From the NCBI GenBank assembly GCA_034189005.1, contig JAXHVR010000009.1, positions 11,413 through 75,412 of the forward strand: DNA of 64,000 bases, written 5' to 3'. Numbering within the stretch: position 1 is the stretch's first letter; each line of letters starts with the position of its first letter. The notes beneath the pieces are model-generated. The model was not told the DNA's origin. It searched no databases and worked only from the letters and a program-made list of their open reading frames with translations. Shown piece after piece: positions 27,924 through 37,059 of the stretch. The stretch comes from Cyanobacteriota bacterium. GTDB lineage: Bacteria > Cyanobacteriota > Cyanobacteriia > Cyanobacteriales > Microcoleaceae. Both the position numbers and the translations under genes were made by a program.

Positions 27924-28098
27924 CTAGTAGAGTGCGCGCCGCGCATCAGCACCATAATTCAAAGCGAACAACCGACACAGAATTAAATAAATCAACCTCG
28001 AACCTGAAAATTAATGTAATAATTTTGTGCGCGCCGCGCACCAGCCCAAACCTTTAAATTAATGTAATAATCTGGTGCGCGGCGCGCGCACTACTAGC
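27923..28098. mobile_element. ~176-bp element with GC-rich inverted termini GCTAGTAGAGTGCGCGCCGCGCA / TGCGCGGCGCGCGCACTACTAGC, abutting the ATG of the 1559-aa gene
   Basis: Three copies of GTGCGCGCCGCGCA(C/T)CAG (27932, 28027, inverted 28072) and two copies of ATTAATGTAATAAT (28010, 28058). Confidence 0.7.
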
Positions 28099-28100
28099 TT

Positions 28101-31100
28101 ATGAATTGCAAAGTTTGTCAATCTCAATCTCTTCCATTTGCCAGCGCTAAAATTTTAAACAGCAAATACAATATCCAATATTTTCAATGTCAAAACTGCG
28201 GTTTTATTCAAACTGAAGAACCTTACTGGTTAGGTGATGCTTATGCAAAAGCGATCGCCCCCAGCGATGAAGGTTTAATCTTTAGAAATTTGATGCTGGC
28301 GCAAATTACTAACAACATAATTAGTAACTTTTTTAGTCCCGAAGATAATTTCATAGATTTCGGCGGCGGTTACGGTTTGTTTGTGCGTTTAATGCGAGAC
28401 ATCCGCTACAACTTTTTCTGGCAAGATAAATATTGTCAAAATCTTTTCGCCGAGGGTTTTGAAGCCAAAGGCATTAGCTCTTATCAATTACTAACTGCTT
28501 TTGAAGTATTCGAGCATTTAGTCAATCCTTTGGAAGAAATAAAAGAACTCTTAAAATATTCCCCAAATATCCTCTTCAGCACCGAAATTATTCCACCAAA
28601 TAACCCAAAACCCGACGAGTGGCACTACTACGCCCTCAACGAAGGTCAACACATTTCTTTATATAGCCTTCAATCCTTATCAGTCTTAGCAGAAAAATTG
28701 GGCTTGAATCTCTACACCAATAATTCATCCATCCACCTGCTGACAAAAAAGAAAATATCTCAAGAATCTTTTGCAAAACAGTCTGAATATAACGCAGCAA
28801 AACTGAGACAATATTTGTGGCGATCGCGAGATTATCTAAAAACATTTGAACTCCTCAAAGCTACCGATAAAAAAACAAACATTCCCCAAACTCACTCCTT
28901 CGTCAGCCGGGAATTAGGAGTCAACGTCGCCGGTTTTGTTAAAGGAGAATTAGGCATAGGAGAAGGAGTAAGAGCAACAATTAGAGCCATAGAAACTACA
29001 GGCATTCCTTATGTCATTAATAACATCATCAGCACCCCCCACCGCAACTCAGATATTACCTATCAAGACAAATTTTCCCACGAAAATCCTTACCCCATAA
29101 ATATCTTTCAAGTCAACGCCCACGAAGTCAACACCTTTATGAAAAGAGGGGCGATCGAAAAATACTTTCCAGGGCGATATAATATCGGTTTTTGGGCGTG
29201 GGAACTTACTAAATTTCCCCCAGAATGGATGTCGGCTTTTGCACCGTTTAACGAAATTTGGGCTTACAGCAACTACTGCGTGGAATCAATTGCAGCGGTC
29301 TCGCCGATACCGGTTATTAAAATGATGCCCAGTATTTCTTTGCCGATGCCTTCTCTGGTCCGAGAAGATTTAAAATTGCCGCCAGATAAATTTATCTTTC
29401 TATTTATATTCGACTTTTTCAGCCATCTGGAACGAAAAAATCCCATCGCTACTATTAAAGCCTTCAAACAAGCTTTTGGGGAGAGTAACCCGGACGTTTT
29501 GTTAGTGATTAAATGTTCTAACTCGCAAAAATTTCCTGCCGATAGAGCGAGATTAATTGAAGCGATCGCCAACAGCCCATCTATTAAATTAATAGACGGT
29601 TATTTATCCAAAGATAAAATTAACGCCCTGCTCTATCACTGCAACTGTTATGTATCCCTGCATCGCGCCGAAGGCTTTGGTTTAACTATGTCGGAAGCCA
29701 TGTTTTATGGCAAACCAGTAATTGCTACTGGTTATTCTTCTAATATAGAATTTATGAACGTCGGCAATAGCTTTTTAGTCGATTACGAGAAAGTAGAAAT
29801 ATCTGGAAATTACGGACCTTACAAACGAGGAGATATTTGGGCAGAGCCCGGCGTCGAACATTGCGCCAATTTAATGCAATATGTTTTTAATAATTATCAA
29901 AAAGCCCAACAAGTAGGGGCGAGGGCAGCCAGGGAATTAAAGACTTTATTAAGCCCGGAGGCGATCGGGGAAAAAATTAAAAACCGTTTGGAATATATTG
30001 CTAAATTAACAGATAATTTCAGCAGCTTACCTCAACCGGGTTTAATCGCGCCATCCGGTTTTTCGTTATCCCAGAAACCCGGTTTTTTGAAAAAACCGGG
30101 TTTCTCGAAGGCAAAAAACCAACAGCCCTTAGTCAGTCTTTGCATCCCGACTTTTAATGGAGAAGCTTTTATTAAAGAAGCCCTTATAAGCGCTACTTCT
30201 CAGACATATCCAAATTTAGAAATAATCGTTGCCGACGACAGTTCCACCGATAGAACCGTCGAGATAGTCAGAGAATTTCAGCGAGAAAATCCCGCCGCTG
30301 ACTTGCGAATTATTCTGCATCGAAATTATGGTTTAGTCGGTAATTTAAACTTTTGCATCTCCCAGGGGCGAGGTAAATATATTAAGTTTTTATTTCAGGA
30401 TGACTTGTTGGCATCGAACTGCGTCGAGGAAATGGTTGAACTAGCAGAAAGCGATCGAGAAATAGGTTTAGTATTTTCTCCCCGGCGAGTGTTTTTAGAA
30501 CCTGGGGCCGAGTCGAATCAAACTTGTATGGCAGCATATCGAGGCACTCAAGATTTACATAAAGATTGGTCGAATTTAAAAACAGTTCAGTGGGGGAAAG
30601 AATTATTAATAGATGCTAATTGGATGATAGGTCGGTTGAATAAAATTGGCGAACCGACAACGGTTTTAATTCGCAAAGAAGTTTTTGATAAAGTAGGAGT
30701 TTTCGATCCTAGCCTGACTCAACTTTTAGATGTGGATATGTGGTTGAGAATTATGGGGAATTTTAAAATTGCTTTTGCGAAGGAAACTTTATCGCAACTG
30801 CGGGTCCATCCCCGCCAGCAAACTCAACTCAATCTAACTTCTGGGAAAAATACTGAAGATTATCAGCGGTTTTATCAGAAATTATTAGAGGATTCGACTT
30901 ATAGCTTTTTGAATCGGGAGCTTAAAGAAAAAGTAAGACGAAAATTAGGTATTAAATATGAATTGAATCTCTCCCAAATTTCAACTTTGGTTAAAGAGTA
31001 TCAAAAATCTCTGAGGAACGATTCCGCATTAATTAATCTGCGACAAGCTCGCTTGGAACTTGCGAAGAGATTGGTGCAACTCCCAGCAGAAGAGTTGAAA

Positions 31101-32780
31101 AAAAGTTATGGGTTGGAACTTGGTAAAATACATCAAGCTTTGGCAAGTTGCGGTCTGAAAAACGAACCCATGACCGAGGAAGAAAACCGGTTTTTTGCTC
31201 CCATCGCCGAGGGCGTGGCTAAAGGTTGGAATTCCCCGAACGCCTTGCAATATTTTTTAGCTTTTATTCTTTATAAGTATGCTTATCAGTTGCCAGTTAA
31301 TTACCAAAGGGCTCCCATACCGAGATGGTTGTTTTCTGATTTTCTGAAATTGATTTTCGAGACTCCTCTGAGCTTTCAGCAAAAAGAAGAATTAGAAAGC
31401 TATTGTCAATACCTGCAAGGTCTCATTCATTATATGAGAAGCAATGCTTTTACTAATACTAACCCAGAAGTCAGACAGAGTTTAGCTGCTTTTATTAAAA
31501 ATAATGTCAATTTAACTGGTTTGTATCTGAGGGATTTACCGTTGGGAGATATCCAGAAGCAGTTAGCCGATATCTGGGAGTTTGCTTTGCAAAACGAGGG
31601 GCATCAACTCGATTATAATTTTTCTGCAAAAACAGACATTCGCTCTCCCATTCGCCTCGGTATTTTGTTGGATAAATTAGGCGCTAACGAGCAGACTTTT
31701 GCCATTATTCCTATTATTAAATATTTATACCGACAAAAATTCGATTTAGTGCTTTATAATTTACAGGTAGAAGATGATAGCCTGGCCGATTATTGTCAAA
31801 AATTGCCAATTAACATAGTCCAACTCCCAAAAACCTTGCTGCAACAAGCTCAGAGGATACGCAGAGACGACCTCGATCTTCTCTGGGTTGGTGCGGAGCC
31901 GACGGCTCGCGCTAACCCTATCGCTCAGTTGGCCCTACATCGCCTAGCAAGAGTCCAGCTAACAACTGCCACAGTTGCCCCAGATACCACGGGCATCCGC
32001 AATATGGACTATTTCATTTTGGGAGAGTTAACATTGCCACTCCCCCCAGGACCGGGAAGCCCTCAGCAGTATCGAGAAGAATTAAAAGTAATTGGGGGCA
32101 GCGGTTTTTGTTTTGAATATCCCGTACAGACACAGCCAGAAGTTAAGCCGACTCGTCAGAGTTGGGGGGCATCCGCCGATACGATCGTTTTCGCCTCCGG
32201 TGCGGCCAGATCGAAAATTGGCCCGGAATTGAAAGAAGCGTGGGTGAAGATTTTAGGGGCAGTGCCGAACTCCGTATTGGTGTTGTATCCCTTTGGGGAA
32301 GGAACTTTCGATTATGCTCTGATGGTTTTATTTAAGCAAATGCGATCGCTTTTGGCCCGTTCTGGGGTTGACAAAAGTAGGTTAGTTGTGATAAAAGGGT
32401 TAAAGTCTAGTGCAGATGCGAGGGAGTGTTTGAAGCTTGCCGATGTTTATTTGGACTCGTTTCCCTGGAGCGGGGCTGCATCTTTAGTAGAACCATTATC
32501 AGAGTCCGTCCCAACCGTCGTAAAGGAGGGAGCAACTCCTAGAGGACGACAAGGCGCGGCCATGCTGCGAGAATTGGGAGTTCCGGGATTAGTGGCAGAT
32601 AACGAAAATAATTATATAAAATTAAGTATAGAATTGGGTCGCAATCGAGAATTGCGCCAATGGTACGGGGGACAGATCGAGCATAAAATGGCTGCTAATC
32701 CACAGTGGTTAGATGGCGGCAGTTATGCTGCGAAGATGGGAACCCTTTTAGAAAAGCTCGTTAAAAGAGGAATTAAATGA
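28101..32780 (+). CDS. 1559-aa multidomain protein: Zn-ribbon SAM-MTase, GT4, GT2, GT41 (SPY/OGT C-terminal)-like domain
   Basis: CKVCQS..CQNCGF Zn-ribbon plus an MTase fold. The GT4-like part reads YVSLHRAEGFGLTMSEAMFYGKPVIATGYS. The GT2 part reads LCIPTFNG..ADDSSTD..FQDDL. The C-terminus DSFPWSGAASLVEPLSESVPTVV..GRQGAAML resembles OGT/SPINDLY catalytic lobes. Confidence 0.82.
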   Translation: MNCKVCQSQSLPFASAKILNSKYNIQYFQCQNCGFIQTEEPYWLGDAYAKAIAPSDEGLIFRNLMLAQITNNIISNFFSPEDNFIDFGGGYGLFVRLMRDIRYNFFWQDKYCQNLFAEGFEAKGISSYQLLTAFEVFEHLVNPLEEIKELLKYSPNILFSTEIIPPNNPKPDEWHYYALNEGQHISLYSLQSLSVLAEKLGLNLYTNNSSIHLLTKKKISQESFAKQSEYNAAKLRQYLWRSRDYLKTFELLKATDKKTNIPQTHSFVSRELGVNVAGFVKGELGIGEGVRATIRAIETTGIPYVINNIISTPHRNSDITYQDKFSHENPYPINIFQVNAHEVNTFMKRGAIEKYFPGRYNIGFWAWELTKFPPEWMSAFAPFNEIWAYSNYCVESIAAVSPIPVIKMMPSISLPMPSLVREDLKLPPDKFIFLFIFDFFSHLERKNPIATIKAFKQAFGESNPDVLLVIKCSNSQKFPADRARLIEAIANSPSIKLIDGYLSKDKINALLYHCNCYVSLHRAEGFGLTMSEAMFYGKPVIATGYSSNIEFMNVGNSFLVDYEKVEISGNYGPYKRGDIWAEPGVEHCANLMQYVFNNYQKAQQVGARAARELKTLLSPEAIGEKIKNRLEYIAKLTDNFSSLPQPGLIAPSGFSLSQKPGFLKKPGFSKAKNQQPLVSLCIPTFNGEAFIKEALISATSQTYPNLEIIVADDSSTDRTVEIVREFQRENPAADLRIILHRNYGLVGNLNFCISQGRGKYIKFLFQDDLLASNCVEEMVELAESDREIGLVFSPRRVFLEPGAESNQTCMAAYRGTQDLHKDWSNLKTVQWGKELLIDANWMIGRLNKIGEPTTVLIRKEVFDKVGVFDPSLTQLLDVDMWLRIMGNFKIAFAKETLSQLRVHPRQQTQLNLTSGKNTEDYQRFYQKLLEDSTYSFLNRELKEKVRRKLGIKYELNLSQISTLVKEYQKSLRNDSALINLRQARLELAKRLVQLPAEELKKSYGLELGKIHQALASCGLKNEPMTEEENRFFAPIAEGVAKGWNSPNALQYFLAFILYKYAYQLPVNYQRAPIPRWLFSDFLKLIFETPLSFQQKEELESYCQYLQGLIHYMRSNAFTNTNPEVRQSLAAFIKNNVNLTGLYLRDLPLGDIQKQLADIWEFALQNEGHQLDYNFSAKTDIRSPIRLGILLDKLGANEQTFAIIPIIKYLYRQKFDLVLYNLQVEDDSLADYCQKLPINIVQLPKTLLQQAQRIRRDDLDLLWVGAEPTARANPIAQLALHRLARVQLTTATVAPDTTGIRNMDYFILGELTLPLPPGPGSPQQYREELKVIGGSGFCFEYPVQTQPEVKPTRQSWGASADTIVFASGAARSKIGPELKEAWVKILGAVPNSVLVLYPFGEGTFDYALMVLFKQMRSLLARSGVDKSRLVVIKGLKSSADARECLKLADVYLDSFPWSGAASLVEPLSESVPTVVKEGATPRGRQGAAMLRELGVPGLVADNENNYIKLSIELGRNRELRQWYGGQIEHKMAANPQWLDGGSYAAKMGTLLEKLVKRGIK
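30073..30105 (+). repeat. in-frame AGAAACCCGG-loop-CCGGGTTTCT hairpin in the GT4-GT2 linker of the 1559-aa protein
   Basis: Encodes QKPGFLKKPGFS. Confidence 0.95.
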
Positions 32781-32909
32781 GCGATCGCTATGATTAAATC
32801 CTCTAATATTGGCCATATTCGGGTGGAACCTGAAGCATTTAAAAGCGTCACAGGGTTCTCAGGGAGAAGGCAGGGGGCGCGTTGCTCCGATAATATACAA
32901 AAATAGTTT

Positions 32910-32964
32910 AACAATTAACAACTAACAACTAACAACTAACAACTAACAATTAACAATTAACAAT
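32910..32964. repeat. heptamer array (CAACTAA/CAATTAA)
   Basis: Period-7 repeat upstream of the PPIase gene. Confidence 0.9.
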
Positions 32965-33008
32965 AAAAAAAATAAGTTAGTGCTGGTGAAACGGGAGATG
33001 AAATAAGG

Positions 33009-33770
33009 ATGACAGAACTGTTTCAAGTAGGAGAGAAAATAGTGAAGGCAGAAGAAATACCAACGCTGTTAAAGCGGTATCAATTAATGCCTCATTTTTT
33101 GCGTGGATTGATAATAGATGACGCCATAGCCGATGTGACTTGCAGCGAGGAAGAAAAAGCGAAGGCTATGGAGCAGTTGATGGCGCAATATCAATTAACA
33201 ACGCCAGAGACTAAAGAAGCATGGTTAAAAAGCCAGGGTTTAACCGAAGAAGAATTAGAAGAAATAGCAGCGCGACCAGTAGCGATCGAAAAATTTAAAC
33301 AGGCAAAGTGGAGCAATAAAATAGAAAGGTATTTTCTCACGCGGAAAAGCAGTCTGGACAGGGTAGTATATTCTCTGATTAGAACCAAAAATTACAACTT
33401 GGCTCAGGAGCTATACTATCGGGTATCAGAAGGAGAACAGTCCTTTGCGGAAGTAGCCAGCAAATACAGCGAAGGCCCAGAGGCCAAGACGGGAGGTCAA
33501 TTAGGCCCGGTACCGTTGAGCCAGCCTCACCCGGCCATTAGCAAGATTTTATCCGTAAGTCAACCAGGGCAACTATGGGCTCCGAGGGGTTTGGCAGAAT
33601 GGAGCGTGATTATCAGGTTAGAAAAATTCATCCCAGCCCAATTGGACGAACAAATGCGACCGGCTTTAATAAACGAAATGTTTGAAACTTGGCTTCGAGA
33701 AGAAACAGCCAAGCTAGGAAATCTAGTGCTAAAGGAACGGGAAAAGTTGGAAGTGCAAATGAATAGTTAA
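33009..33770 (+). CDS. PpiC/parvulin-type peptidyl-prolyl isomerase
   Basis: FAEVASKYSEGPEAKTGGQLGPV parvulin signature. No obvious signal peptide. Immediately upstream of the T1SS ABC/HlyD pair. Confidence 0.75.
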   Translation: MTELFQVGEKIVKAEEIPTLLKRYQLMPHFLRGLIIDDAIADVTCSEEEKAKAMEQLMAQYQLTTPETKEAWLKSQGLTEEELEEIAARPVAIEKFKQAKWSNKIERYFLTRKSSLDRVVYSLIRTKNYNLAQELYYRVSEGEQSFAEVASKYSEGPEAKTGGQLGPVPLSQPHPAISKILSVSQPGQLWAPRGLAEWSVIIRLEKFIPAQLDEQMRPALINEMFETWLREETAKLGNLVLKEREKLEVQMNS

Positions 33771-33872
33771 GAAAATCGATGAGTCTCGGAATGTCGGTAA
33801 GATAGTCGCGACAATAAGCGAACAAAGACCGAGAGAACAAACAAGGTCTCAATTATAAAAAAAGAAAACTCG

Positions 33873-36800
33873 ATGGCTAGTTCGACAATTTCTAGGTTAC
33901 AGGTAGAGGAATTTCTGACAGAAAGGCATCCTTTCGATCGCCTTTCTCAAGAAACCCTAAAAAATTCAGTAGTAGGAAAGTGCCAGCTTTTGGGGTATAA
34001 GACGGGACAACCCCTATTCGAGCGAGACAAGATGCCCACGCAGATAGCAATAATCTATGAGGGGCAGGCCCGAGTATTGGGTTTAGACCAGCGATCGCAA
34101 CGAAACACGAGCTTGCAAGTAGTAGGGCCTGGAACCGTATTGGGTTGGGTGGGTGCCATCAGAGGTATTCCCTGCGAAACGGCGATCGCCTCGACGGATT
34201 TAATCGCCATAACCCTACCAGTAGAAGATTTCCTGGCATTAGTAGCAGCCGAGCCCGCCTTTGGGGAAGTATTCACAGACCATGCCTCCCCCATAGAAGT
34301 ATTCGAACTGCTAAGTGCAGAATTGGCAAGAAGGGCGGATATTTCGGTAAATACCAAAGAATACGCCAAAAAGATTTGGGAAGATACCGTTGTAGTCAAC
34401 CTGCAAGGGGGCAATAGAAAGGAAGAAGACCTGGCTAAGGCTTTAGACTCAGAAAAAGTTTGGCTCGTAAGCAGCGGGGTAGTAGGAGATTATCCCACGG
34501 GGAGCAGGTTAGCTCTCAATGGGTCGAATAAATCAATAAAAATAGAAGGCCCCAGGGGAGCGAGGTTAATAGGATTTCCCGAAGAATCTCAGGCCGCCGC
34601 AGCCCCACAAGAAGAAATAGCCGAAGAAACTACCAACGGTAATGGCAACGGAAAATTAGCAACGATAGATATCTCGAAGATTCCCGAAGCGCCAGCACGT
34701 CCGCCGGGCCCGACAGTAAAAGAAGAAGCACTCCAAAACAGTAAATACCCAGTAATAAGAGCTAAGGGAGATCTAGAGGGGCCTTTGGCTTGCTTCCAAA
34801 TGCTTGCCAAATATCTCAGGCTTAAGTTTCGCAAAGACGTAATTCGTCGAGTCCTGACAAATCAGTTGAGTAGCGCGGGCAGGATCTCGATGCAAGCTTG
34901 CGGGGCGATCGCTCAAATGATGGGATTGCAAGGCCAGCTAGTGCAAGTGCCGGCAATGTCGGTAAATCGACTAAGGGCCCCTGCCCTGATTCAATGGCAA
35001 GATGGCTTCGCGGTAATTTACAGCATTACCGAACAGGAAATAGTCTTAGCCAGTCCGGCACGGGGACTAGAGAGGCTAAAACCGGGGATGTTTGCGGAAA
35101 TTTGGGGCGAAATGGGTCAAATCCTGTTGCTGACGGCCCCAAGCAGCGAAGAAAAGGAGCAATTTAGCTTTTGGTGGTTCGTACCAGCCTTGATGGAACA
35201 TCGCACCGTCTTTATTGAGGTGTTGATTTCTTCCTTCTTCGTGCAGGTGTTTGGTCTGGTAAACCCGCTAATGACCATGATCATCATCGATAAAGTCATG
35301 GGCAACCGCAACATTGAAGCCCTAGATATGTTGGCCCTGTTGATGTTAATCGTGGCCCTATTCGAGGCCCTCCTCAGCGGTCTGCGTACCTTTTTATTCG
35401 TCGATACTACCAACAGGCTAGATGTAAAACTAAGCTCGGAGGTAATCGACCACTTACTGCGCCTGCCCCTGAACTATTTCGACAATCGGCGGGTGGGAGA
35501 TTTGACCGGCCGAATTGCGGAACTGGCTAATATCAGAAACTTCCTCACGGGTACGGCCTTGACGGTGGTATTAGATGCCATCTTCTCGGTGATTTATATC
35601 GCGGTAATGTTGGCTCTTAACCCATTAATGACGGCGGTGGCTTTAGCTGGGGTGCCGTTTTTTGCGGTGATTATTTTGGTCAACTCTCCCATCATCCAAC
35701 GACTGCTGCGGAAAAAAGCCGAACGTTATGCCGACTCTCAATCTTATTTGGTAGAAATTCTTAACGGCATCCAGACAGTAAAAGCTCAAAATTTGGAGTT
35801 GCGTTCTCGCTGGGAATGGTCTAGCCGTTACGCTCGTTTTATGACGGCGAGTTTTAATACAGTTCTGACCCAAACAACTGCCAGTTCTATTAGTAGCTTT
35901 TTGAATAAATTATCCGGTTTGGCCCTGCTGTGGGTGGGTGCTTATTTGGTCATAGACGGAAGCTTATCTGTAGGTGGATTGATTGCTTTTAGGATTATTG
36001 CCGGTAACGTGACGGGTTCTTTGCTTCGCTTCGTTAGCGTCTGGCAGAGCTTCCAGGAAGTAGGTATGTCGGTGGAACGCCTGCGGGACGTTTTGGATAC
36101 TCCAGGGGAGGTGGATGAGGAAGACCGAAATAATATCGATATGCCAGAGATTAAAGGGCAGGTGAAATTTGAGGAGCTTTCCTTCCGCTTTGGCGAAAGC
36201 GGACCTCTTCAACTGGCAAATGTAAACTTGGACTTCCCTGAAAATTCTTTTGTGGGAATTGTGGGTTTGAGCGGTTCGGGTAAGAGTACGTTGATGAAGT
36301 TATTGCAGCGTCTTTATAAACCGCTTTCCGGTCGGATTTTTCTGGACGGGTATGATATTCATAAGGTGGAATTGTATTCGTTGCGCCGACAAATAGGGGT
36401 GGTGCTGCAAGATACTTTGCTCTTTAACGGAACGGTGCAAGATAATATTGCTTTGTCTAATCCCGATGCTAGTACCGATGAGATTGTAAGGGCTGCGAAA
36501 ATAGCGGTGGCTCACGATTTTGTGATGAATTTGTCGGCTGGTTATAACACGGTGGTGGGGGAGAGAGGATCGAGTTTGTCTGGAGGACAAAGACAGCGAA
36601 TTGCGATCGCTCGTACGGTTTTACAAAACCCAAATATCCTGATTTTAGACGAGGCAACTAGCGCTTTGGATTACAGTTCCGAACGTCAGGTTTGCGATAA
36701 TTTGGCGGAGGCTTTTAAGGGTAAAACGGTGTTCTTTATTACCCACCGTTTGACTACGGTCAGAGGGGCAGATTCTATCATAATGATGGACCAAGGTTCT

Positions 36801-36887
36801 GTGGTGGAACAGGGAACTCACGAAGAATTAATGGCTCTAAAAGGTCGTTACTATTGCCTGTACCAACAACAAGAAGCGGAACAATAA
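33873..36887 (+). CDS. type I secretion ABC transporter: cNMP-binding domain, C39-like (apparently non-catalytic) domain, TMD, NBD
   Basis: N-terminal CAP_ED-like region. The C39-like region reads YPVIRAKGDLEGPLACFQML...LIQWQDGFAVIY...VLASPARG. The NBD has GLSGSGKST, LSGGQRQR and ILILDEATSALD. Confidence 0.9.
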   Translation: MASSTISRLQVEEFLTERHPFDRLSQETLKNSVVGKCQLLGYKTGQPLFERDKMPTQIAIIYEGQARVLGLDQRSQRNTSLQVVGPGTVLGWVGAIRGIPCETAIASTDLIAITLPVEDFLALVAAEPAFGEVFTDHASPIEVFELLSAELARRADISVNTKEYAKKIWEDTVVVNLQGGNRKEEDLAKALDSEKVWLVSSGVVGDYPTGSRLALNGSNKSIKIEGPRGARLIGFPEESQAAAAPQEEIAEETTNGNGNGKLATIDISKIPEAPARPPGPTVKEEALQNSKYPVIRAKGDLEGPLACFQMLAKYLRLKFRKDVIRRVLTNQLSSAGRISMQACGAIAQMMGLQGQLVQVPAMSVNRLRAPALIQWQDGFAVIYSITEQEIVLASPARGLERLKPGMFAEIWGEMGQILLLTAPSSEEKEQFSFWWFVPALMEHRTVFIEVLISSFFVQVFGLVNPLMTMIIIDKVMGNRNIEALDMLALLMLIVALFEALLSGLRTFLFVDTTNRLDVKLSSEVIDHLLRLPLNYFDNRRVGDLTGRIAELANIRNFLTGTALTVVLDAIFSVIYIAVMLALNPLMTAVALAGVPFFAVIILVNSPIIQRLLRKKAERYADSQSYLVEILNGIQTVKAQNLELRSRWEWSSRYARFMTASFNTVLTQTTASSISSFLNKLSGLALLWVGAYLVIDGSLSVGGLIAFRIIAGNVTGSLLRFVSVWQSFQEVGMSVERLRDVLDTPGEVDEEDRNNIDMPEIKGQVKFEELSFRFGESGPLQLANVNLDFPENSFVGIVGLSGSGKSTLMKLLQRLYKPLSGRIFLDGYDIHKVELYSLRRQIGVVLQDTLLFNGTVQDNIALSNPDASTDEIVRAAKIAVAHDFVMNLSAGYNTVVGERGSSLSGGQRQRIAIARTVLQNPNILILDEATSALDYSSERQVCDNLAEAFKGKTVFFITHRLTTVRGADSIIMMDQGSVVEQGTHEELMALKGRYYCLYQQQEAEQ

Positions 36888-36890
36888 AAA

Positions 36891-37049
36891 GTTGTTAGTT
36901 GTCAGTTGTTAGTTGTCAGTGGTTAGTTGTCGATAGAGGATTAACGATTGACAATTAACAATTAACAATTAAGCGGATAACAGGCGAGACGCCTGTTCTA
37001 CTAACAATTAACGATTAACAATTAACGATTAACTATATTAACAACTAAC
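36891..37049. repeat. composite: GTTAGTT-type array, CAATTAA/CGATTAA arrays and one AACAGGCGAGACGCCTGTTCTAC element
   Basis: Fills the whole ABC-HlyD intergenic spacer. Confidence 0.9.
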
Positions 37050-37059
37050 CAGAAAAAAT

